From Candidatus Hadarchaeota archaeon (GTDB taxonomy: Archaea; CAYQAE01; CAYVLA01), in NCBI GenBank assembly GCA_964621445.1, contig CAZUNO010000005.1:106922-170921 (forward strand): 64,000 bases of DNA, given 5' to 3'. Made by a program: the position numbers and the translations under genes. This document shows positions 54,951 to 64,000 of this stretch, one piece after another; position 1 is the first letter of the stretch; each line of letters begins with the position of its first letter. The notes under the pieces were generated by a model. That model saw nothing but the letters and a program-made list of their open reading frames with translations, was not told the origin of the DNA and did no database searches.

Positions 54951-57554
54951 TCACTTTACACGGGGTTCAATATCCTCAAAAAGGCCCGTATAGGCGTTGA
55001 TATAACTCAACCTCGAGCCTTCCTCGGATGAGTAGGTTATCTGGTAATAGGGCATGTGAACAAGATCCATACCCTCTATGGTATATTCCGGATATAGGGC
55101 GTTCGCTAGATTTCTAACACATTCGCGGTCCATTTCCTGGGGAAGCAGAACCGCCGCCTTAATGGGCGCGGAGCTTGGAAGTTCCCCATCAACGCTCTCA
55201 GGTCTTGAGGGGAAGCTTATTTCCTTTGTTAGAGAGCCGGTGAGATACCCCTTTTTGTCGCGTTCTAGATCCAGGATATCCAAGGAGGATAGCTCCCTCA
55301 TTATCTCCGTAACCCGCTTTGCTCGTATGTCGAGTTCCGACTCACAGTCCTCTGGGGTGTATCCCCGAATTACAAATGAAAGGACATCCATCTGCCTTTT
55401 TTCAAGTTTCGATAGCTTTGATAGTCCTTTCGATCTCTTGAACTCCTTGAAATCGGTCACCATCTCGCAAGTATTGATATCCATTAGCAGCTCACACCTA
55501 ATGAGTGCGGTTCCTCGTATGAACTTCTTCCTCTCCGTGCTAATTTTTGCCTCGATCATGGGAAGATACACTAGTTCGATCGATTCCACGAACTCCTTTG
55601 GTTTTCCGGTCCAGGTCGTCTTAAGATCCTCTATGGTCAGTCCTTTTGCGGAATTCTCCCTCAGGATAATCGGAAACGACCTTATCTCCTCAGAGTCAAT
55701 GGGAGGAGTAGAGGATACCTCAATATCCTCGGTTTCGGTCTCCAGCTTCGCTCTTTCCTCCTCGGTCTCCTCCGGGGTTTCCATTGCTGGCTCATCCTCC
55801 GGAATTCCCTCGTAATCCGTTTCGAAGTAACCCATTTCCTGCATTATTACTTGATTGGCGTAGTCCTTGTCCTCATTAATTTCCTCGGATCCCAGTACTA
55901 TTCCAGGAACCTCCTCGACAACCTCGACATCTTCTTCCCGTACCTGGACCTCAGCCGGTTCTTCCTCGGAGACTTCCACTTCCTGGTCCTCCTCACTGGC
56001 CGCCATGATCTCGAAACCCGCTTCCTCCCCCTCCTGGGTCCCGGTCTCGGTGTTCTGGGTATCGTCCGTAACCTGGCCCTCAACCGCCTCCTGCTGTTGA
56101 ATCTCCCTTTTTACAGGAGTCGCTTCCTTCCCGGAGTGATGGCTCAACCTGGGTCTAACCCTGACCAGCATTGCCCGCTGTTGGGTCTTTTGATCCGCAA
56201 GCAGGGCGGAACCCGCAGGGATCCCTCTAATGAAATCCGACTGGGCCATCTGAGATGGCAGCTTTGATGGAACTCTTCTCAACAAGGCGCCGATGTCATC
56301 CTCCAGTCCGAGACTGTGCCCCACCAGCATATCTATTTGCGATAGGATATCGTCGTCGGTTGCCGCAGGGCGCTGAGTGGCGAGGACTAAAGCGCAACCG
56401 GGCTTTCTGCCCAATTTTGCGTAATCTATAAGCGGTTTGGATGCCGCGGTCAGCCCCCGTCTTGGAATTAACAGGTGGGCCTCATCTATCATGAGCCAAG
56501 TAACCGGAATGCTCTCCCCGTCCCCCGCAATGCCCATCTGCTCCCTTCTGGAAGCCAACATCCTGGCCTGCAAAATCTTCTTGGCCAGGATTCCCACTAT
56601 GAGGGCCCGGACCTGGTTTTCGAGTTTGGGATGGCTCACATCGATCACAGTAACCGTGTCCCAAACGGAGATCTCCTCGATTGGGGTGCCATGCTCCGAG
56701 AAGATGCCCCACCGCTGTGCCGCCTTGAATCTAGCTATGACGCTCCTCCTGGTGGTTCTGGCATACCCCTTTTCATCTGAACCTAGATCTATATCCCTGT
56801 CAATTACGTCGATTATATCCCCAATATTGTAGTTGTCCCCGTTACCGGTTATGTACTCCACCTCGTCAGGTCCTGTTCTTACCCTGTAGCCTTCTCGTAC
56901 CTTCCCCAGAGCCTCCCCTATCAACAGCCCTTGAGTTTTAAAACGATCGAGATCGAATACCAGGCACCATTCCTCGGAGGTCAACTCGGCCGGCTTAATG
57001 GAAAAGGTTCCATCCACCTTCTCATTTTCCTCGGAAAGCCCGGGAGGAACCAGGATCCTAATGTTTTCGAGTCCGGATGGACTGAGCCCCCATTTTTCGA
57101 GCTCCGTTACCTCCTTCTTGTTTCTATTTTCCTCCTTCATAGACCAGTAAATGCCTATGGGGTCTACTATGACCGTGCCAATCCCGATTTCCGTCTTGCA
57201 GAGTTCCTCGGCCATCACACCCAGGGTGTAGCTCTTTCCCCCACCTCTCTTGCCGCATATGAATACGATGTGGGGGAATTTTGCATCCATCATCACCTTG
57301 AAACCGTGGTAGGACTTGCCATTGGCCTGCTTCTCACAAACCACCCCAAGATCCAAGAGACCTTCATCACCCTCCTTTTTCTGCTCCCTCTCCGTTCTGC
57401 CCACTACAATGACTTCTCTCTTCTTGTCGAAAACAGGTTCCAAGCGCTCATTGATAATGGGGCGGAAACTTGTGCTAGAATAAAGTCTAACCAAACGCGG
57501 TGGCTCCTTACATTCAAACCTGGCAAACCTAAAATATTTTTTCGGATAGTCCAT
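54951..57554 (-). CDS. HerA/FtsK-superfamily ATPase (DUF87-like) with acidic linker and C-terminal domains; true start probably near 57420
   Basis: Walker A GKRGGGKS, VDPIG, Walker B LMIDEAH, GRKPG, LATQRP. Confidence 0.88.
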   Translation of the reverse strand: MDYPKKYFRFARFECKEPPRLVRLYSSTSFRPIINERLEPVFDKKREVIVVGRTEREQKKEGDEGLLDLGVVCEKQANGKSYHGFKVMMDAKFPHIVFICGKRGGGKSYTLGVMAEELCKTEIGIGTVIVDPIGIYWSMKEENRNKKEVTELEKWGLSPSGLENIRILVPPGLSEENEKVDGTFSIKPAELTSEEWCLVFDLDRFKTQGLLIGEALGKVREGYRVRTGPDEVEYITGNGDNYNIGDIIDVIDRDIDLGSDEKGYARTTRRSVIARFKAAQRWGIFSEHGTPIEEISVWDTVTVIDVSHPKLENQVRALIVGILAKKILQARMLASRREQMGIAGDGESIPVTWLMIDEAHLLIPRRGLTAASKPLIDYAKLGRKPGCALVLATQRPAATDDDILSQIDMLVGHSLGLEDDIGALLRRVPSKLPSQMAQSDFIRGIPAGSALLADQKTQQRAMLVRVRPRLSHHSGKEATPVKREIQQQEAVEGQVTDDTQNTETGTQEGEEAGFEIMAASEEDQEVEVSEEEPAEVQVREEDVEVVEEVPGIVLGSEEINEDKDYANQVIMQEMGYFETDYEGIPEDEPAMETPEETEEERAKLETETEDIEVSSTPPIDSEEIRSFPIILRENSAKGLTIEDLKTTWTGKPKEFVESIELVYLPMIEAKISTERKKFIRGTALIRCELLMDINTCEMVTDFKEFKRSKGLSKLSKLEKRQMDVLSFVIRGYTPEDCESELDIRAKRVTEIMRELSSLDILDLERDKKGYLTGSLTKEISFPSRPESVDGELPSSAPIKAAVLLPQEMDRECVRNLANALYPEYTIEGMDLVHMPYYQITYSSEEGSRLSYINAYTGLFEDIEPRVK

Positions 57555-57620
57555 ACAGGCAAAGCGATCTCATTAAACAGGGGTAAATGCAGACCATAAA
57601 CGCCAACAGGTAGGGATACA

Positions 57621-58925
57621 ATGGAACTCGAAGTAGGGATGGCCAGAGTGGACATCACGCCGCCCATCGGAAGCAGGATGCAGGGTTACGCTCGGCGGGA
57701 CCATGGAGCGGAAGGGATACACGATGGCATTTTTTCACAGGCTTTTGCCCTGGATGATGGTTCAACCACCTTGGCAATCGTCTGCTGCGATCTGGTGGGT
57801 CTGAGCCATAAATCAACTGAAAGGGCCAGGAAAATGGCTGAGGAAATGTGCAACATCGATCCTGGGGCGGTCATGATATGCTGTTCTCATACTCATGGAG
57901 GGCCGGCCATAGGAGGAAGGAGCTATGTGGAAGCCGAAAGCGAATACCTGCACCTCCTTGAAAGACAAATTGCCACCTCAGTAAGTCTTGCCATGGAGAA
58001 CTTGGCAAACAGCGAATTGCTGCTGGGACAAAGTTCGGCCCATATCGGTGTCAATAGGAGACTGGCCAGGAACGGAAAAATGGTCATTGGCAGAAACCCT
58101 GAGGGAACCATCGACCCCGAGGTTCAGGTGCTTAGAATTGATAATCTTGAAGGTAAGATCAGGGGCTTGATATTCAATTACGCCTGTCATCCTGCGACCC
58201 TTGTCGCCGATAACTATCTAATTACCTCCGATTACGTGGGATATGCCCGAGGGGTTATCCGTGGAGCCCTGGACCTTGAATCGAACGGATGCGGTTTCGT
58301 GAATGGTGCCGGGGGAGACATAAACCCTTATCCCAGGGGAAACTATGAACTGGCCCAGAAGCACGGAATGGAGTTGGGTTCCCAGGTTATCAGAGGTAGC
58401 TTTCGTGCACATCCTCTTGAAGCTGGATGTATTTCATGGAAACGGAAGATGATATCCCTTCCCCTGTCACCCCCTCCTCCTTTCGAGGAGATGGAACGGG
58501 AATTCCAAAACCTTGAGGAAGAATTGAATGATTTGAAACGGGAAGGAGGTAGAAATACCCGTATGGAGGCCAGAGTCCTTTGGCTGAGGGAAATGCTGGA
58601 AAGGACGGATTCCGGAAGTATTAGAAGAACCCTGCCGGTCGAGATTCAGGCCTTTAGGATTGGCAATCTCGGAATCATAGCCCTACCGGCTGAAGTGTTC
58701 GTGGAGATCGGGTTGAGTATAAAGCGCAAATCCCCATTCCAGAACAACATCATAGCCGGTTATTCAAATGGAAATATCGGTTATATACCCACTGCCAAAG
58801 CCTTTCAGGAAGGTGGATACGAACCCGAGTCCTACGTCTATAGGCTTGAGCAGGGATTCCAGCCCCAAGTAGGGGAGATTACCGAGGAGGAGTCCCTGAA
58901 GCTGTTGGACCATTGCCTGAAATAA
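57621..58925 (+). CDS. Neutral/alkaline ceramidase-like amidohydrolase
   Basis: DITPP, MQGY..R, SHTHGGP, NRR, YACHP, GAGGDINP, GYIPT..F..GGYE. Confidence 0.88.
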   Translation: MELEVGMARVDITPPIGSRMQGYARRDHGAEGIHDGIFSQAFALDDGSTTLAIVCCDLVGLSHKSTERARKMAEEMCNIDPGAVMICCSHTHGGPAIGGRSYVEAESEYLHLLERQIATSVSLAMENLANSELLLGQSSAHIGVNRRLARNGKMVIGRNPEGTIDPEVQVLRIDNLEGKIRGLIFNYACHPATLVADNYLITSDYVGYARGVIRGALDLESNGCGFVNGAGGDINPYPRGNYELAQKHGMELGSQVIRGSFRAHPLEAGCISWKRKMISLPLSPPPPFEEMEREFQNLEEELNDLKREGGRNTRMEARVLWLREMLERTDSGSIRRTLPVEIQAFRIGNLGIIALPAEVFVEIGLSIKRKSPFQNNIIAGYSNGNIGYIPTAKAFQEGGYEPESYVYRLEQGFQPQVGEITEEESLKLLDHCLK

Positions 58926-58939
58926 TAGACATACTGAGC

Positions 58940-59779
58940 CTAGACCCTCAAGAAAAAGGGGGCTGGTTCAGTCCTTTCTCCCTCCAGGGTTGATATCAAC
59001 TGGTCAATATCTCCCCGATCATGCTCAATAATGTTAAAACGGGATTCCAGCGAGGACTTCCGGATTTTCTTGGGGGGCCAATTCTCCAATTCCTCCTTAT
59101 GCAAGGGAAGGGAGACCTTTCCCGTCTGTTCGTGAAGTGAGAAAGGAAGCCTCTGAATTCCCTGTGTTGTGCGATAATATTTCTCCGGATGAATGATAAC
59201 ATCCAGAAGCGCCTCTGGACACCCTTCTCTTGCTTTACGGATTAGATGGTGCTTGATATCCAGGAAGAGTTTTGGGGCCAGATCTATTATGGATTCTCCG
59301 TCTATTACCTCAGGAAATGGCCCCCAAGGAACATGGATGTGGAAACCCCGACACCCACTGAACTTGACCCAATGGGGAACGCCAAGTGACTCAAGCTCCT
59401 CAACCATGGACAGGGTGACCCTTCTTGCCGAATCCAACGAGGACCTGCCATCTATATCAAGGAAGAATCTGAAATCTCTTTTCGAACCGGATTCCCCAAA
59501 GGATTCGGGGATACGATCGTACCTGGCATGGGTCACATGAATCGCCGGGTACCCACCAGGGCCACCTCTGAGACCCATGAGGAAATTTCGGAAATCTTCC
59601 TTGCCTTCGATGAAAACCGGTTTCCGAAATGAGTTGGTTATGCAATTTTTGGAGCTGTTTACTACCAAACCTCTGCCATTAACCAGGTCAAATAGACGGC
59701 TAACTAGACGTGGATTTGAAAGAAGAAAGGAATAAGGCATGGATTTCCTTTCCGCCATCCAGTCCTCTCTCCATTTCAA
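58940..59779 (-). CDS. Archaeo-eukaryotic primase (PriS/LigD-Pol-like) paralogue
   Basis: FFLDIDG, KFSGCRGFHIH, RLPFSLHEQTG.VS.P. Confidence 0.82.
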   Translation of the reverse strand: MKWREDWMAERKSMPYSFLLSNPRLVSRLFDLVNGRGLVVNSSKNCITNSFRKPVFIEGKEDFRNFLMGLRGGPGGYPAIHVTHARYDRIPESFGESGSKRDFRFFLDIDGRSSLDSARRVTLSMVEELESLGVPHWVKFSGCRGFHIHVPWGPFPEVIDGESIIDLAPKLFLDIKHHLIRKAREGCPEALLDVIIHPEKYYRTTQGIQRLPFSLHEQTGKVSLPLHKEELENWPPKKIRKSSLESRFNIIEHDRGDIDQLISTLEGERTEPAPFFLRV

Positions 59780-59819
59780 ATATGGAAACCCATCCTAGAA
59801 AAAGGTTGGGCACCCTAGG

Positions 59820-60818
59820 CTATTCGAGCAGGAATGGTATCAAATCTATTAGACGATTGGAGTATCCCCATTCATTGTCGTACCAGGAAAGCACCTTAAC
59901 CATGCCATCCTCGATCACCGCGGTCATAAGTCCGTCGACAATTGAGGAGTGTGGGTCGCCAAGGAAGTCCTGAGAGACTAGAGGCTCCTCAACGTAGTCG
60001 AGTATGCCCTTCAGATCTCCTTCCGCGGATGTCCTAAAGGCGTCATTTACCTCCTCCGCGCTAGCTCCATCATCCAGATCTACCACCAGGTCCACGATCG
60101 AGACATTTGGTGTGGGGACCCTCATGGCGATACCATCAAGCTTTCCCTGTAGCTGGGGCAAAACTAGGCCTATCGCCTTAGCTGCACCCGTGGTTGTGGG
60201 AATAATATTGACTGCTGCCGCTCTTCCCCTTCGGGGCTTCTTGTGTGGGAAGTCCAGGATCACCTGGTCGTTTGTGTAAGAGTGGATAGTGGTCATGAAC
60301 CCTCTGCTGATTCCCCAGTTCTCCTCGAGTATCTTGGCCACAGGTGCCAAGCAGTTGGTGGTACATGATGCATTGGAGATGATGTCGTGCTCTTCCTTAT
60401 CGTAATCCCCGTCATTCACTCCCATAACAAGAGTGACGTCCGGATCGGTCGCAGGTGCCGATATTAGTACCTTTTTGGCCCCGGCTGAAAGATGCTTGGA
60501 GGCGTTCTCTCTATCACGAAAGATGCCTGTGGATTCAATTGCTACGTCCACACCGTACTCATCCCAAGGTAACTCCGCCGGATCTCGAATTGAGAGTATA
60601 TCCGTTTCCTGACCACCCACAACCATGGTCCCATCCTCTACCGAAACATCTGCGTCCAGATTTCCATGAACGGAATCATGTTTTAGGAGATATGCAAGGG
60701 TCTCCGGGTCCGCTAGGTCGTTGGCGGCAACGATGTCCACTTCGTCATTTCCAATGGCAGCTCTGAATGCGTTTCTGCCTATTCTACCGAATCCATTTAT
60801 TGCAACTTTGATTACCAA
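59820..60818 (-). CDS. gap: Type I (bacterial-type) glyceraldehyde-3-phosphate dehydrogenase
   Basis: INGFGRIGR, SNASCTTNCLAP, TGAAKA, RVPT, WYDNEWGY; SD GAGGAGG before TTG 60818. Confidence 0.96.
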   Translation of the reverse strand: MVIKVAINGFGRIGRNAFRAAIGNDEVDIVAANDLADPETLAYLLKHDSVHGNLDADVSVEDGTMVVGGQETDILSIRDPAELPWDEYGVDVAIESTGIFRDRENASKHLSAGAKKVLISAPATDPDVTLVMGVNDGDYDKEEHDIISNASCTTNCLAPVAKILEENWGISRGFMTTIHSYTNDQVILDFPHKKPRRGRAAAVNIIPTTTGAAKAIGLVLPQLQGKLDGIAMRVPTPNVSIVDLVVDLDDGASAEEVNDAFRTSAEGDLKGILDYVEEPLVSQDFLGDPHSSIVDGLMTAVIEDGMVKVLSWYDNEWGYSNRLIDLIPFLLE

Positions 60819-60904
60819 AACTGGATCCTCCTCGTATGTTCCGATCAGGGAAACAGCGGTATAAAAATCGTTACCAAATATATATGAAAAACCGTTTTCG
60901 GATC

Positions 60905-61210
60905 CTATCCCTTGACCCTTATGCGGAATGTGACGGTCCCTCCACCGGTTCTGGGTGGCCCTGGGTCGGGGCACCTAACATAGGCCGAGCCTTTGTCATC
61001 TTCTGATAGGCCCAGTGACTTTGCGCTTACGCCCTTGCTCAAAGCGGCCAGAAAAGGCAGAAAACTCCCAAAGGCATGGGAACATAGGGCATCCGTCCTA
61101 TCGCAATCCACATCGAATCCCCCTTTTAGGAATATCCTGTCTCCAACCTGGAAAACTGGACATTTACCATCTATGTCGATGACCTCAATCTCCAAATCCT
61201 TATGGTCCAA
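60905..61210 (-). CDS. TIGR04076-family small Cys protein
   Basis: GKCP...VGD, LC.HA, CPDPG....G.VTFRI. Confidence 0.8.
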   Translation of the reverse strand: MDHKDLEIEVIDIDGKCPVFQVGDRIFLKGGFDVDCDRTDALCSHAFGSFLPFLAALSKGVSAKSLGLSEDDKGSAYVRCPDPGPPRTGGGTVTFRIRVKG

Positions 61211-61280
61211 TTTCTCGCCCTTCGTTATCTCTCGGCCGACGCAAAAAAACCTTTTCAACCAGGTATACGACAGCTTACCT

Positions 61281-62585
61281 ATGGATGAAGAAGAAAAGAA
61301 TGGAGAAACCCATATATCGGAAGTGTTATCCGGAGAAAAGGTCGGAAGAACCGTTAAACTCCGAGGCTGGATTCACAGGATCCGCTGGAGCAAGAATATC
61401 ACCTTCATCGTACTTCGAGACTCATCCGGGACCATTCAGTGCACGGTGAAAAAGAATTCACCTGACTTCGATGAGTCCAAGGAACTAACCATAGAATCCT
61501 GTATATCGCTCACCGGTGAAGTACGCGAGGACGATAGAGCTCCCGGTGGTTATGAAATCTCCGTTGACTCAATCAAGGTCATAGGAAAGGCTGAACCATT
61601 CCCGATTAACGAGGAGCAGAGTACCCCCTTGATACTTGATAATAGCCACCTATGGGTCCGGAGTCAGGAGATGAAGAACGTTCTCAAGGTTAATGATACC
61701 CTGATGAACGGATTGGTGAAGTTCTTTAGGGAAAGGGACTTCTTCAAGGTGGATCCTCCAATACTGATAACCGCTGCCTGCGAAGGTGGGTCCACCCTTT
61801 TCTCATTTGATTACTTTGGTAGAAAGGCCTACCTGACCCAGAGCTCTCAGCTTTACCTGGAGGCCTTCATGGCCAGCCTGGAGAAGGTATATTGTCTAGC
61901 TCCCTCCTTCAGAGCCGAGAAGTCCAGAACCAGGAGGCATCTAACCGAGTTCTGGCACCTGGAGGCGGAGGAGGCCTTCTGCGATCTGGAATGCACCATG
62001 GTTACCCAGGAGGAGATGATCGAGTTTCTTGCACACTACCTGGTGAATAAAAGGGGTCCAGAACTCAGGGAGCTGGGAAGAGATCCATCGGATCTGGAGG
62101 AAATACAGGCACCCTTTGATAGGATGACCTACCAGGAGGCGGTCGAAATCGTGCAAAGTAAGGGCATAGACATGCAATATGGGGATGACTTCGGCGTCCC
62201 CGAGGAAAAGGCCTTGATAGCCGAGTACGATCAACCGTTCTTCGTCCATAATTTTGCCAGATCGGCCAAGGGTTTCTACCACCGTCCTGATCCACAGCAT
62301 CCCGACCAGGTCCTCTGTGCAGACCTCCTAGCCCCCGAAGGAAACGGAGAGATTATTGGGGGCGGGGAACGTATATACGAACCAGACATCCTAATAGAGA
62401 GGATAGAGGAGGTGGACCTCGATCCCGATGACTACGAGTGGTATCTCGATCTCAGAAAATACGGGACCTGCCCACACGCCGGCTTCGGTCTGGGCCTTGC
62501 AAGGTTGGTGAAATGGTTCTGTGACCTGGACCATATAAGGGAGGCCGTTCCTTTCCCCAGAACAATAAACCGAATCTATCCCTAA
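61281..62585 (+). CDS. asnS: Asparagine--tRNA ligase
   Basis: LRGW..LRD, ACEGGSTLF, YLTQSSQLYLE, FRAEKSRTRRHLTEFW, EIIGG.ER, PHAGFGLG. Confidence 0.93.
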   Translation: MDEEEKNGETHISEVLSGEKVGRTVKLRGWIHRIRWSKNITFIVLRDSSGTIQCTVKKNSPDFDESKELTIESCISLTGEVREDDRAPGGYEISVDSIKVIGKAEPFPINEEQSTPLILDNSHLWVRSQEMKNVLKVNDTLMNGLVKFFRERDFFKVDPPILITAACEGGSTLFSFDYFGRKAYLTQSSQLYLEAFMASLEKVYCLAPSFRAEKSRTRRHLTEFWHLEAEEAFCDLECTMVTQEEMIEFLAHYLVNKRGPELRELGRDPSDLEEIQAPFDRMTYQEAVEIVQSKGIDMQYGDDFGVPEEKALIAEYDQPFFVHNFARSAKGFYHRPDPQHPDQVLCADLLAPEGNGEIIGGGERIYEPDILIERIEEVDLDPDDYEWYLDLRKYGTCPHAGFGLGLARLVKWFCDLDHIREAVPFPRTINRIYP

Positions 62586-62714
62586 ACCTGTTTTAATCCC
62601 CTTGTTGCCGGGCAATTATGAATTCGCCCCGTATAGCTGCAAGCGAACCGGGTAACCGACAATTACCGGCACCAAACGCCGAGAGGTTCCATGTAAATAA
62701 TTGATCCCGATTCC

Positions 62715-62897
62715 TTACTCTTTAGAGGGTGGCCTTATGTAGCCCCCTTCCTCCTTCTCCTCTCTGCCCAGTAACCTATCTGCCTTTTCCTTTCTCACGA
62801 TCTTAAACCTGGTGGGCGCACCACATTTGGGGCATTCCGTTTTCTCAGGGTCCAGTATCAAGTTGCACTTCTTGCAATAGGGCACAGCAACACTCAA
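62715..62897 (-). CDS. Small zinc-ribbon protein
   Basis: CKKC-x10-CPKCG. Confidence 0.75.
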   Translation of the reverse strand: MSVAVPYCKKCNLILDPEKTECPKCGAPTRFKIVRKEKADRLLGREEKEEGGYIRPPSKE

Positions 62898-63041
62898 CTC
62901 GGGTCAACTCTCATAACTGCTAATCATGGGAGAAAGATAATGGTTTTCCCGCTTTCCGTTCTGGCTGCCTGGATCATCCCAAATCTGCCGATTACTTCCC
63001 TTCCAGAAATATTAAAAAGAGCAAATAACTGCCCGTTAGTT

Positions 63042-63130
63042 GGGCCCGTAGTCTAGTGGTTACCTTATCGGTCATAAATGACGTCACCCTCACACGGTGA
63101 AGATCCGGGGTTCAAATCCCCGCGGGCCCA
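63042..63130 (+). tRNA. tRNA-Val(CAC) with 16-nt D-loop intron (63062-63077)
   Basis: Acceptor GGGCCCG/CGGGCCC, anticodon arm TCACC-CTCACAC-GGTGA, T arm CGGGG-TTCAAAT-CCCCG; BHB-like GUGG-UUA / UCAU-AAA; T-tract follows. Confidence 0.93.
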
Positions 63131-63455
63131 CTTTTTCTGGAATCAGCCCCTGCCAAATTAGTTTCAAATTCCCATAGCTTACTAAAAATCGGGAGGATAT
63201 TTCCCGATGCGGTAGGTTAAAAAGGGCCCCCAACTAGTATAACCCATTTTTCCTTGGGGCCGAACTGAAGATACTTATAGTATGAAGGCCAGTCAACTGA
63301 CAGGGAAGGGATTGGATCGGACCGCCCCATTTGGATTACTGCCATTTAGATTCTATTTCTTCCTGGCGGAAACCGAGTATCTCACTTTAACAGAGGGTGT
63401 TCTGTATGACGTTGACAATTAACGGTTGCCCGGAATCAATGGAGTTGCGTGCAAC

Positions 63456-64000
63456 ATGAAACTTGGTCAAGCCGTGGGTTTTCTGTCCCTGATACTGTGC
63501 AGCTTGAGTATCGCTGGTGGAGTAAGTGAGCTTCAGGTCGAATGGACCTTTAATACAAGCGATGTCTTCGCTGATATTGAATTCGGGGCTGGTCACCAGG
63601 GATGTCAGACCGTGTGGGACGTGGATGACGATGGAATAAACGAGATCATCTTCGGCACTCGAAGAGGCCACAGCGAAAGGCTTTGGTGCATTGACCAATC
63701 CGGTAACTTCGAGTGGATATATCCACCAGTAAGTGAGGAAGGTCTACCCAACGACCCCTGGGGCGTATCCCTAGTCGATGTCAACAATGATGGAACCTAC
63801 GAGCTCTGTTTTGCAGGCAGGGGCGGGAGGCTACACGTGCTGAACGGTGACGGAACCGAGTTCTGGCTATGGGACCACCCCAATGGTGACAACATGCTAG
63901 GACCTCCCCAGGCATATGATGTGGACGGCGACGGGTTCCCAGAGTTCTTCATGAACGATGCCTCGGGGTTTATTCACCGCGTCAGCCATGAAGGAGAACT
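63456..64000 (+). CDS. Secreted FG-GAP/DxDxDG-repeat beta-propeller, partial
   Basis: Manual translation: signal peptide MKLGQAVGFLSLILC, then WDVDDDGINEI, VDVNNDGTYEL, YDVDGDGFPEF; open to the window end. Confidence 0.85.
   Translation, partial: MKLGQAVGFLSLILCSLSIAGGVSELQVEWTFNTSDVFADIEFGAGHQGCQTVWDVDDDGINEIIFGTRRGHSERLWCIDQSGNFEWIYPPVSEEGLPNDPWGVSLVDVNNDGTYELCFAGRGGRLHVLNGDGTEFWLWDHPNGDNMLGPPQAYDVDGDGFPEFFMNDASGFIHRVSHEGE

Noticed and set aside
55078-57599. Long plus-strand ORFs inside the HerA-like gene
   Set aside because: Antisense shadows, some Ser-rich from the Glu-rich coding strand
63161-63176. CRISPR-repeat-like start GTTTCAA
   Set aside because: Single occurrence with no array or cas genes
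30338-63200. Integrated element bounded by tRNA att sites
   Set aside because: No integrase and no clear duplicated tRNA 3' end; GTTTCAAATTCCC at 63161 is too short and degenerate; the interval contains core genes
63282-63422. 46-codon ORF MKASQLTG
   Set aside because: No RBS or recognisable features; probably chance

Overview
Archaeal chromosomal window (about 52% GC by eye). It carries the archaeal markers Hjc, pelota, Alba, class I CCA-adding enzyme, Tsr3, L40e and DUF2070, TATA/BRE promoters and GGAGG/GAGGT Shine-Dalgarno sites. Left to right: a ChlI/MoxR-type AAA+ ATPase coupled to a degenerate, membrane-anchored paralogue that runs off the left edge and is absent from the ORF track; housekeeping genes; a surface-glycosylation block; a locus with two class III ribonucleotide reductase genes; tRNA-Glu; a long block of catabolic and secreted orphan genes; a phosphate transporter; a glycosyltransferase pseudogene; a Lia/Psp-like membrane module; a HerA-like ATPase; a primase paralogue; bacterial-type GAPDH; AsnRS; tRNA-Val; and a partial FG-GAP propeller. 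The best candidate for an undescribed system is the NrdD locus (about 17966-25158). It contains a full-length NrdD paralogue whose radical and substrate motifs are systematically substituted, an unannotated 51-aa Cys4 microprotein, a divergent tandem-wHTH regulator, and an intact NrdD preceded by a roughly 210-nt highly structured leader with alternative pairings next to its Shine-Dalgarno site (riboswitch candidate). Both tRNAs carry non-canonical D-arm introns. No CRISPR array, integrase, transposase or rRNA was seen. All calls come from manual motif reading and hand folding; no database search or folding software was run.
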